The notes under the pieces were generated by a model, which was not told the origin of the DNA, made no database searches, and worked only from the letters and a program-made list of their open reading frames with translations. A stretch of DNA of 64,000 bases. Origin: Anaerostipes sp. GTDB lineage: Bacteria > Bacillota > Clostridia > Lachnospirales > Lachnospiraceae. Position 1 is the first letter of the stretch. Each line of letters opens with the position of its first letter. Below, piece by piece: positions 30,182 through 38,521 of the stretch. The stretch lies in contig JAQWFL010000011.1 in the NCBI GenBank assembly GCA_028704435.1, positions 2,559 to 66,558 on the forward strand, written 5' to 3'. Made by a program: the position numbers and the translations under genes.

Positions 30182-31338
30182 TACCTCTTTCTTGTATTGG
30201 ATGTTTTAGTTGTTGTAGTTCTAGTTGTAGTCCCGTTTTGCGTTTTGCTTCTGTTCGTTTCCTTGACCTCCGTTTTGGTCTTTTCATAATGCTCTCTCAC
30301 AGAAGATTCCACTTTGTCATAATGACCATACAATTCTTCCCCACGCTTTGTCTCCACCACACGATTCTGTTTGTCATAAAGCTTATAATTCTTATTGCTG
30401 TCAATGAAGGTCAGCATGGTCTTTCCATTATGAATATCCATGACATTCTCTTTGTTCAGCCATACGAACCTTGCATTCTCTCCCCATGTTCCAGGCACTC
30501 TTGTCTTCACCGCATGTTCATTCTCTTCCACAATCAGGCTCTTACTAATCGTCACATCAGAAAGATTCATATTCTTAGATGCTGAGACTGCCTTCATACG
30601 TTCAGCCAGAGTCTGGTATCCTCTTACACGATTTAAGAATGCTTCCTTATCCATGATCACTTTATGCTCTCCGGATGCATTCTTTTCTCCAAGTACACCA
30701 ATGGTTTCCAGCTGTTTGATCACATTTTCAGCCTGCGTATTGTCGATGCTGAAATTCTCTTTAACTGCATCCACACTAATACTCTGCTTCTCCATTGCGA
30801 ATAAGCCGACTTTTTCAATCAGACCATCCATAGCTGCACTTGCTCTTACACCATCTTCCGTGTGAGCCATATCATTTCCCATCTTCTGGCTTTTCAGAAA
30901 ATCCATGAGCTTACCAAGCTGCTTTTCATCCCCGTTCTTTAAATAATCATCAAATGTGGCAATCCTGCCTGAACTAAGTTTCTGAAGCATCATATTTACT
31001 CTTGGCACTGCTTCTGTATGAAAAATCACCTCACTAAGTCCATCCTTGCGGTTCAAATCCGGCAATACCGAATAGAGGATTCCATACTTTTTCGCCATCT
31101 TCTGGACTTTCTTCATATCCTTGGTTTCAAACTGCAAAACCTGCAGATCTCCACCTTTCATAAGAAGTTTTCTCATAGATGTTTTTCCAAGTGATTTCTC
31201 ATAATCGAGAAGTCCTTTTAATACCTCGACTGCTTTCTGCATTGCACTGATACCACCACTGCCTACCTTCATAGCAATCTCTACTCCATCATATGCGACA
31301 CGGATAATCTGTACCGCTTCCTGTATTTCTTCTGCCAT
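30181..31338 (-). CDS. PcfB/DUF3801-like protein
   Basis: GKTSMRKLL...AKKYGILYSV; upstream of virD4. Confidence 0.7.
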   Translation of the reverse strand: MAEEIQEAVQIIRVAYDGVEIAMKVGSGGISAMQKAVEVLKGLLDYEKSLGKTSMRKLLMKGGDLQVLQFETKDMKKVQKMAKKYGILYSVLPDLNRKDGLSEVIFHTEAVPRVNMMLQKLSSGRIATFDDYLKNGDEKQLGKLMDFLKSQKMGNDMAHTEDGVRASAAMDGLIEKVGLFAMEKQSISVDAVKENFSIDNTQAENVIKQLETIGVLGEKNASGEHKVIMDKEAFLNRVRGYQTLAERMKAVSASKNMNLSDVTISKSLIVEENEHAVKTRVPGTWGENARFVWLNKENVMDIHNGKTMLTFIDSNKNYKLYDKQNRVVETKRGEELYGHYDKVESSVREHYEKTKTEVKETNRSKTQNGTTTRTTTTKTSNTRKR

Positions 31339-31350
31339 TTGCTACACCTC

Positions 31351-31830
31351 CTATAATACTGGCTGTCGAAAAGTCGATTTCTGCTGATATTCAGAGGTTT
31401 TCTTATCCTCTTTTTCCTGCTGTTCTTCCTCTTCTTTTCGTGATTCAGACACCTTTGCTTTAATCGCCTCTGCATCGGCTTCTCTTAGTTCCTCTTCTGA
31501 TACCTCAATGCCATATGCACCAAGGACTGTGGCAAGTCGGTTAATTGCCTTTTGTTCCTCAATACGATACATCTCAATGGACACAAGAAGGTTCTCAATC
31601 TGATTAACCCATGCTGGCTTCACATCATGCATAGCAGAATATTTCTTTCTAATATTCTGTGCATCTTCTCCCTCACGGGCTTCTGCCAGTTCTCCAATCA
31701 GCTTGTCTGTCAGTTCCTGATCCGATGTTTTAAAAGCAAACTGAACTACAAATTCCTTTTCCTCATTGGATAAGGTACGAAGCTGTTCTTCCTTTTCCTG
31801 CATCGTTTCACTAATCATCAATAAACTCAT
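31351..31830 (-). CDS. Hypothetical protein
   Basis: ORF track; GGAGG RBS. Confidence 0.65.
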   Translation of the reverse strand: MSLLMISETMQEKEEQLRTLSNEEKEFVVQFAFKTSDQELTDKLIGELAEAREGEDAQNIRKKYSAMHDVKPAWVNQIENLLVSIEMYRIEEQKAINRLATVLGAYGIEVSEEELREADAEAIKAKVSESRKEEEEQQEKEDKKTSEYQQKSTFRQPVL

Positions 31831-31839
31831 ACGTTCCTC

Positions 31840-33093
31840 CTAATAATTCATGCTGTTTTCAAGCACTGCGATCTCAATGATTTCTTTCATCTTCTCCGCA
31901 GATACATTGTTGTTAATCAGTTCCACAAGCTGTCCCTCTGTAAGTCCTTTCTCAATACCCGACTTAATCTGTATCAATTGCGCTGGCACTAAATCTCCAC
32001 TTGCAACCAATTTCACAATATCTTGTCGTGACTTTTTCTTAAAACCAAGTCTTGCAACAATTGCTGCAATTCCAGTTTCTGATGTTCTTCTTGTACGTTC
32101 TACTGATAACTGATGCACCACTCTTCCCTGTGCATCAAGAACCGGCATCTGATAGTACACTGGAATTCCATACATATTCTTAGTAAATGGATCATCTGTC
32201 ACTGCATTCTCCGATGTGACTGGCTGTGTATCTACCATGCCATTGTCTTGGGTTTTCCCACTTGCACCTGTCGGTATATCTGTATCAGTTGCCGTAGCTG
32301 TTGGAATTGAATCTTGTATTTCCACCGTTTTCTTTACGGAAGAATCGGTCTTATCAAGCAATCTCTCTTCTAACGTATCAATTCGTGTCTGCATTCTGCT
32401 CATCTCCTTATCTTTTTGGTCTGCCTGTTCTCTAAGTCTGGCAATAGTAGAGGATGCACTATTGATTCTGTCCTGCTGAGAACTAAGTGCTGCCTCTGTA
32501 TCTTCCAGTTTCTTCACAAGATTCTCTGCTACTTCCTCATCCTTCTTGGTACTCTCAAAAATAGTCAATTTCTTATTCAGCTCATCATATCGCTGTTCCT
32601 GAAACTGAATCTTTCCAACCACTTCCTCAATCTGTGTTACTAGACCTTTCACATATTCCTGCATCTGTTCTGATACATTCTTTGATTCAGCTTTCACATT
32701 TTCTGTATTAGCAAGAATCTTTTGAAAGATCTCTCTCATAGCGCTTGGTGTAGCATTATTGCCTACTGTCTCCTCAATCACAGGAACAGGCACTCCCTTT
32801 TCATAAAAATCAAGTGCCACCTGCATCTGATACCCCGTCAGATTCTCATGAGATGTGAGCTGCTTTACAAACGCTTCATCAATCCCTTTTCTCAAAAATC
32901 CAGATAAGACTTTCATCTGTGCCAGCTTATATCCTTTTTTCAAGTAGAGATTCGTCTGCTCTTCTGTTAATCCTAGATTCAAGTCCTCTTCCACCAGATC
33001 AATAATCTCTGGTTCATATCGTTTTGCATTTCGCATGTTTTTCAAATAGTTCCCAATCTTAATGGAATCTATCTGTCGTGCTGTCTGTTCCAT
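31840..33093 (-). CDS. Coiled-coil hypothetical protein
   Basis: ORF track; AGGAGG RBS. Confidence 0.65.
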   Translation of the reverse strand: MEQTARQIDSIKIGNYLKNMRNAKRYEPEIIDLVEEDLNLGLTEEQTNLYLKKGYKLAQMKVLSGFLRKGIDEAFVKQLTSHENLTGYQMQVALDFYEKGVPVPVIEETVGNNATPSAMREIFQKILANTENVKAESKNVSEQMQEYVKGLVTQIEEVVGKIQFQEQRYDELNKKLTIFESTKKDEEVAENLVKKLEDTEAALSSQQDRINSASSTIARLREQADQKDKEMSRMQTRIDTLEERLLDKTDSSVKKTVEIQDSIPTATATDTDIPTGASGKTQDNGMVDTQPVTSENAVTDDPFTKNMYGIPVYYQMPVLDAQGRVVHQLSVERTRRTSETGIAAIVARLGFKKKSRQDIVKLVASGDLVPAQLIQIKSGIEKGLTEGQLVELINNNVSAEKMKEIIEIAVLENSMNY

Positions 33094-33132
33094 AAATACC
33101 TCCTGTTCCTAAGAATGCATAAAAATAACAGC

Positions 33133-34581
33133 CTAACGTACTGGCTGCTTCTTATCCCTCTCTATTGTCTTGTCCTTACTTGGTTCGTACTCTCTGCTGC
33201 GGTCATCCTCAGTATCAAGAATGTCCTTCATGATTCCCTTCCCAAGATTTAATTCCTTAAACACTGCTTTCTCTTTCCTGCTCACTTGACTGAACTGCTC
33301 TCTGTAATAAGAACGTAGTTTTTCCGTCTTTTCCAATGAATAGCCCTCTTCTTCCAATTGTCTGGATAATTCCATCCACTGTTGGTGTTCCTCCGCAAAG
33401 AATGTATCGCCATTTTGATAACAGTTTTCTGCTGGTGCTATTTCCTGCATGGCATCTGCAATCTCAAATATGGTTTTACACTTTTCCTTTGAACGATAAA
33501 CTCTGCTCTTTTCTTTGGAAGCCTCTTTTTTCTTATCTGTAAGATTCTCCACTGTGGCAGCCAGATCAACTACATTGTGAATATCATGTCTCACAAGAAA
33601 CAAATACTGTTGCTGTAATTTCTGCATCTTCTTAATATCATTCCGATACTTCCATACCTGACTGTACGGTTTCTTTTTTAGTTTTCCGATACGATACAGC
33701 TTTGCATAATACCGCTTCTGAAGACCTGACATTTTCGCCCTACGATATCTTTTCACATAACACTTTACCAGCTGTGGTTCAAACTCCTTTTTCTGTTCCT
33801 GATAGAACTGTAAATCCTCTTCCTGAATTCTGATTCGGATTCTTTCCTCGGAATAATTCTCTCCAAGTGTTTTACATCGCTTGAATCTTCCCATGCCAGG
33901 CGGCTTTACTGCCAGGTACTTTCCCTGTTTGATTTCATTTCCCTTATCCTTCATCAGTTCAAGGAATCCATCAAAATCTGTAGCCTGTAAAATACAGGAA
34001 TCCAAATCTCTTACAATCATATCGGACCATACGAACTTGCCATCACGATATTCATTCCATTCCTTATAATGTTCATGGGTGGCATCCTTATCACCTTCAA
34101 TTTCAATCGTAGAAAGACCATATTCTTCACACAACTTATTGGTAATCGGCTGAATATCTTTTGCCCAGTCTCCCTTTTCGTATCGATACTTATGACCATC
34201 TACGAAGCTCACACTGTTAAATACAATATGGGAATGCACATGATCCGTATTATCATGCACACAGTAGACTGCCTCAAACTGTTTCCCCAGATACTCTTCC
34301 ACAAATCGTCTGGTAATCTCATAGACCATATCAGGATCTGTTTCTCCCTCTTTAAAAGAGAGAATCAAATGATACCCCTGACGTTTATCAATCTTGCCAA
34401 ACTTACGCTTGGTATCTTTCATCTGTTCAAAGGCATTGTCAGGCTGACAGTTAATTCCTCCCACCAGCCTTCCATCCTGTGTCTTCTCTGGATTCATGAT
34501 ATAGTCCAGTGCACTTTTTAAATGCCTTCCATGAAAATGACCGCCACAGTCTTTCATATAGAGAATCTTGCTAATTGCCAA
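33133..34581 (-). CDS. MOBP relaxase
   Basis: ALDYIMNPEKT, YHLILSF, VHDNTDHVHSHIVFNSVS (3H motif). Confidence 0.95.
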   Translation of the reverse strand: MAISKILYMKDCGGHFHGRHLKSALDYIMNPEKTQDGRLVGGINCQPDNAFEQMKDTKRKFGKIDKRQGYHLILSFKEGETDPDMVYEITRRFVEEYLGKQFEAVYCVHDNTDHVHSHIVFNSVSFVDGHKYRYEKGDWAKDIQPITNKLCEEYGLSTIEIEGDKDATHEHYKEWNEYRDGKFVWSDMIVRDLDSCILQATDFDGFLELMKDKGNEIKQGKYLAVKPPGMGRFKRCKTLGENYSEERIRIRIQEEDLQFYQEQKKEFEPQLVKCYVKRYRRAKMSGLQKRYYAKLYRIGKLKKKPYSQVWKYRNDIKKMQKLQQQYLFLVRHDIHNVVDLAATVENLTDKKKEASKEKSRVYRSKEKCKTIFEIADAMQEIAPAENCYQNGDTFFAEEHQQWMELSRQLEEEGYSLEKTEKLRSYYREQFSQVSRKEKAVFKELNLGKGIMKDILDTEDDRSREYEPSKDKTIERDKKQPVR

Positions 34582-34900
34582 TCATATCCACCACCTTCTT
34601 TACTTCCAGGTTCAGTTTTCTCATATATGCCACCAGCTTCTCTTTATCCTCTTTGGAATAGAGCTGCGCATTATGGCTGAATGTGATCTGATTGATATTG
34701 ACCCCAACTCGATTCACTTCATTGATGAGTTCCTTTAATAGCGTTCTGATTTCTGGATAATCATTCGGTTTCTGGCTTATGAGGAATCGAATATATTCTG
34801 CTTCATTCATGCCTGCAGCACTCGATTTCTCAGAAAGAATCATGGCTTCATTTGGCATAAGTCGTACTGTCTTCTTAATACAGTGTACTTTGTCTGCCAT
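34571..34900 (-). CDS. mobC: MobC relaxosome accessory protein
   Basis: RHH N-terminus; NRVGVNINQI motif; overlaps relaxase start. Confidence 0.9.
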   Translation of the reverse strand: MADKVHCIKKTVRLMPNEAMILSEKSSAAGMNEAEYIRFLISQKPNDYPEIRTLLKELINEVNRVGVNINQITFSHNAQLYSKEDKEKLVAYMRKLNLEVKKVVDMIGN

Positions 34901-34904
34901 TTTC

Positions 34905-35459
34905 TCACCTTGCCTTTCCTTTTGCCTGTGGCTGTATAATTACTGATGTCAGATCTTTCACAGCAGAATCCATGTTCTGCCCTTTCGAGAGATTGGCTAG
35001 AAATTCATTTGCCAGCCTTTCTGCTGTTTTCTCTATAACTACAGCATACTTCGTCTGATCAAACAGTTTATCTAACACCTGCTCCTGTGACTTCAACATG
35101 TCATATCTGTTCTGCTTATTTCCAAAATCTATGAAATCTCTGGCATTCTGCCTCTCGGCATCAATATCCAGAATAAATTCATAATTCCACTCGCACACTG
35201 AATCGATTACATCATCCATTGGGAACTCTTCCCAAACTGTTTCATCTGGCTTGTCGCACAGATTCCCTCGGTAAAGAACCCCATCCACCTGACCTATCGC
35301 ATATCCATGACCTTCCATATAGTCTAGAATTATCTCCGCCTCTTTATCTGTAAAATGGAAGCCTGTGTCAAAGTCCTTCTGGTACTTTAGGAGTTCTTCT
35401 ACTGTGGAAATCGTAGCAGGTTCTTCTGGTTTTGTAGCTAATACACCTTCTCTGTCCAT
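34905..35459 (-). CDS. Hypothetical protein
   Basis: ORF track; AAGGAGG RBS. Confidence 0.65.
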   Translation of the reverse strand: MDREGVLATKPEEPATISTVEELLKYQKDFDTGFHFTDKEAEIILDYMEGHGYAIGQVDGVLYRGNLCDKPDETVWEEFPMDDVIDSVCEWNYEFILDIDAERQNARDFIDFGNKQNRYDMLKSQEQVLDKLFDQTKYAVVIEKTAERLANEFLANLSKGQNMDSAVKDLTSVIIQPQAKGKAR

Positions 35460-35534
35460 TGCTTTTGGTACACCTCCTTATCCGTGTTTAGTTAAAATTA
35501 TCATGGCTCCCATGCCCACAGGTAGACCTATGGT

Positions 35535-35610
35535 TCATGGCTAGATACGCATCAGAGCCAGCTCTGTCCTGATGCTCCCTAGTTAGGGGGAAAATCCCCC
35601 TAAGACCCCT
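35535..35610 (-). other. Putative oriT
   Basis: Minus strand IR GCATCAG...CTGATGC immediately followed by GTATCTAG/CC (MOBP-like nic); second hairpin TTAGGGGG-AAAAT-CCCCCTAA; upstream of mobC-relaxase. Confidence 0.55.
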
Positions 35611-35622
35611 TAATATGCAATA

Positions 35623-35844
35623 TGATTGTACTTTTTACATGCGTTTTGCCGTTGTGATTGTGTTTTTTACATTCACTTTGTCAAAACAGTTGCACTTTTT
35701 ACAATCACTTTTTTCTTCAAATAGATGCTCGTTCTTTCTCCCATCTAAAGTGATTGCACTTTTTGCATGTGTTTTTTCAATGTGATTGTGCTTTTTGCAT
35801 TCACCTCGTCAAAACAGTTGCACTTTTTACAATCACTTTTTCTT
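35623..35844. repeat. Two ~95-bp direct repeats (period 128 bp), each with three TGATTGYRCTTTTTRCA-like units
   Basis: Copies at 35623-35717 and 35751-35844 read directly from the sequence. Confidence 0.85.
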
Positions 35845-36772
35845 TAGAAGCTTTCAACCACTCATTGTAGTCTTTGAACCCAGCCGGTGGTGGTGTATCT
35901 TCCACATCATAGCCAAGTCCATAATACTTTGTTGCCAATTCATTTGCTGCTTTTCTTCCTGGCTCATCATTATCCAGACAAAATCGAATGGAAGTGACCT
36001 GTGGATGTTCATTCAGAAATGTTTCAAGCGGCGCATCTGAAAGCATTCCAAGTGCAAGCTTATTACTTTCAAAATCCCAGAAAATATCCACATAGCTCAT
36101 CAGATCAATTGCAGCTTCAAATACTACAAGTTCAGTACTGTCATCATTTGCAACATTAAATCCAAAGTGTTTGTCATTGCCTGAAACATCACATTTAAAA
36201 GGTTTTCCCTTTTTATCAAATACCCCTCTCATGCTTGCAAACTTTGTGATGCCGTCCTTATCCATTCCCTTAAACACTACATTGTGATAATCTCTGCTCT
36301 CATAGATGAGATCGTTGTTTACAAAATAATCAATGACTGCTCTGCTGATAGCCCTGTCCTTGTTCAGATAATCATACAGATAGGAATTATCTGGTGACGA
36401 TTCTGGTAACACAAATGGTTTTTTCTCGTCCTTCTTAGTTGCCTGTACCTGATGTCTTAATGGAACTTTTTTCTCTGCATCTGGTATTCTACGATACCCC
36501 GCAAAGTCAAGTAGCCAGAACACAGCCTCTTTTACATCCATATTGCAGAACACACGTAAAAAATCTATCTGAGATCCACCATTATTGCCTTTCTCATACT
36601 GTCTTGACCAGCGATACCAATGACTCTTATTATAAATGCGAATGGAATCCATTTCTTTCAGGGTATAATACTTCCCGACTCGTCTCACTGTATAACCAAG
36701 GGAAGATGCTACTGCTGTCAAATCCACACTTTTTGCAATCTGCAATTCTTCCTCTGTGAATCTATCTTCCAT
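35801..36772 (-). CDS. DUF3991 + Toprim (primase-like) protein
   Basis: GGSQIDF...EAV; VFEAAIDLMSY; FCLDNDEPG; KDYNE. Confidence 0.85.
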   Translation of the reverse strand: MEDRFTEEELQIAKSVDLTAVASSLGYTVRRVGKYYTLKEMDSIRIYNKSHWYRWSRQYEKGNNGGSQIDFLRVFCNMDVKEAVFWLLDFAGYRRIPDAEKKVPLRHQVQATKKDEKKPFVLPESSPDNSYLYDYLNKDRAISRAVIDYFVNNDLIYESRDYHNVVFKGMDKDGITKFASMRGVFDKKGKPFKCDVSGNDKHFGFNVANDDSTELVVFEAAIDLMSYVDIFWDFESNKLALGMLSDAPLETFLNEHPQVTSIRFCLDNDEPGRKAANELATKYYGLGYDVEDTPPPAGFKDYNEWLKASKEKVIVKSATVLTR

Positions 36773-36776
36773 ATTC

Positions 36777-37337
36777 TCACCTCGACTTTTCCTTTTCCGC
36801 TACAAGTGGTGAATTCATATCCAATGTTTTGTAATCCTGTGCCAGCGATATGACTGGATTCTTCATCAAATTCTTTTCTTTAAAACTGAAATACTCCTTA
36901 TTGTCACCGCCAACTATGATGTGATCCAAAAGTGGCATTCCCATCATTTCACAGATTGTATTCATACGGTCTGTCATCATGGTGTCTGCTTTGCTTGGAA
37001 ATAACTGACCTGATGGGTGACAATGGACCAGCATAATACTGGCAGCATTGGAAAGAATGCTTGCTTTTAATAATTCTCTTGGATGTGCCATTGCTTCATT
37101 TAGAGCACCCACACTGGCAAAGTGCACATTGATGGGTTTTAAATCACTGCGCAGATTTACCACACAGATAACCTCCCGGTCTAATTCACACATATAATCA
37201 CCAACCACTGCCATTACCTCTTGAGGATTATTGAGAGAATGCTCCGAAAACATCGGAGCATCCTTCACAAGTCTTACTGATACCACATCAAGTTCGAATT
37301 CATTCTTCTGGGCTTTCTGCGTTTTTGCCATCAGCAT
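36777..37337 (-). CDS. radC: RadC/JAB-domain protein
   Basis: HPRELLK...HCHPSG...PS.AD...LLDHIIVG. Confidence 0.85.
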   Translation of the reverse strand: MLMAKTQKAQKNEFELDVVSVRLVKDAPMFSEHSLNNPQEVMAVVGDYMCELDREVICVVNLRSDLKPINVHFASVGALNEAMAHPRELLKASILSNAASIMLVHCHPSGQLFPSKADTMMTDRMNTICEMMGMPLLDHIIVGGDNKEYFSFKEKNLMKNPVISLAQDYKTLDMNSPLVAEKEKSR

Positions 37338-37431
37338 CAGCCTCCTCCCCGAACTCTACATGGATAATAAAATCCCCTTTCTGGTCATTCATCAGAGCAA
37401 TCAGTTCCTGCATTGTAATCTCCTGCTCCAT
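37300..37431 (-). CDS. Small acidic protein (43 aa, MEQEITMQEL)
   Basis: AAGGAGG RBS before ATG 37431; fills the gap between DUF5688 and radC. Confidence 0.55.
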   Translation of the reverse strand: MEQEITMQELIALMNDQKGDFIIHVEFGEEADADGKNAESPEE

Positions 37432-37441
37432 AATGACCTCC

Positions 37442-38434
37442 TTATCTGGACTGCCCTGTCTCATAAATGAGCTTTGGTTCTGCAACAATTCCATCCAGTC
37501 TCTTGTTTGGAGTATCTGTTGCAAGCGACAGTTTTCTCAAATCCTTATCATAGTGATATACCTGATTGGATAATCTTTCATCGAGTGAAACCTGATCCAT
37601 ATTAATTTCCGCTACCATCTGTGCAAGTTCATTTGGATCTCCCATATCAGAACTTACTGCGATAACCTCATGCACAGATGAAGGCATAATATAGAGATCC
37701 GTTTCGAGTTTTTCAGCAATATCATGAAGCTGGTCTTCATATAACATCGAAATCGCTCCGTTGATTCCTCTCTCATTGCTAATCACCCACATGGTCTGCT
37801 CTGGTGGCATTTCTCCAATCATCATATCTGCAATTTCTGGTGGCATTCCATCTTTTGTAAACATTTCTCTCATAATATCATTCATGCTTCTGACAGTTGG
37901 TGGAAAGATTCTTCTTGTATTCTCTACCGCAGCTTTGAATAACTCTTCCTCTGATAATCCGATCTGTTTTGCAAGCGAATTACGAACCACTGCGCTCTGT
38001 ACTCCAGTTTCATCTACTTTCATTACCCAACGATATACAATGGATAAATCCTGGAACTGTCTGTTCGGTGCATCTGCGAGCATCTGTTTATTCTGCTCTG
38101 TATTGATCAACTGAAAAACAATGTTGTCTTTTGCTTTCTCCAAATCAACGGATGGAAGCATGTCAGGCGCATCCTTCATTGCCTCATTCATAATATTGGC
38201 AGCCTTCACAAGTTCTCCCTGCAAATCCTCTGTTTTAAGATAGCTGTCATACATATTGTTGATATAGATGGTTGGAGAAATCTTAACTCCATCACCAACC
38301 ATGGTTAATCCATCCAATGTCTGATTTACCTTTTCTACCGGACGTACTTCCATCTTCATTCCCTTAAACTCCTCTGGAAGATAATCCATAAATTTCTCTG
38401 CTACTACTTCTTTAAAAATCTCATAATTCATCAT
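37442..38434 (-). CDS. DUF5688-family protein
   Basis: V.KVN...DGL, SPTIY, LINTEQN, DL.IVYR, NGA, LYIMPSSVHEVI, LSNQVY.YD. Confidence 0.8.
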   Translation of the reverse strand: MMNYEIFKEVVAEKFMDYLPEEFKGMKMEVRPVEKVNQTLDGLTMVGDGVKISPTIYINNMYDSYLKTEDLQGELVKAANIMNEAMKDAPDMLPSVDLEKAKDNIVFQLINTEQNKQMLADAPNRQFQDLSIVYRWVMKVDETGVQSAVVRNSLAKQIGLSEEELFKAAVENTRRIFPPTVRSMNDIMREMFTKDGMPPEIADMMIGEMPPEQTMWVISNERGINGAISMLYEDQLHDIAEKLETDLYIMPSSVHEVIAVSSDMGDPNELAQMVAEINMDQVSLDERLSNQVYHYDKDLRKLSLATDTPNKRLDGIVAEPKLIYETGQSR

Positions 38435-38461
38435 AAATTAAGCCCTCCTGTGACTCTTCAT

Positions 38462-38498
38462 AAAATAAGGGAGATACAAGCATTGGCCTGTACCTCCC
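38462..38498 (-). terminator. Terminator-like hairpin after the adhesin gene
   Basis: GGGAGATACA / TGTACCTCCC stem plus U-rich tail. Confidence 0.55.
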
Positions 38499-38521
38499 GG
38501 TTTCTAGTTTCTATTCAATTC

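Noticed and set aside
35623-35844. CRISPR array
   Set aside because: Degenerate units without unique equal-length spacers, and no cas genes in the window
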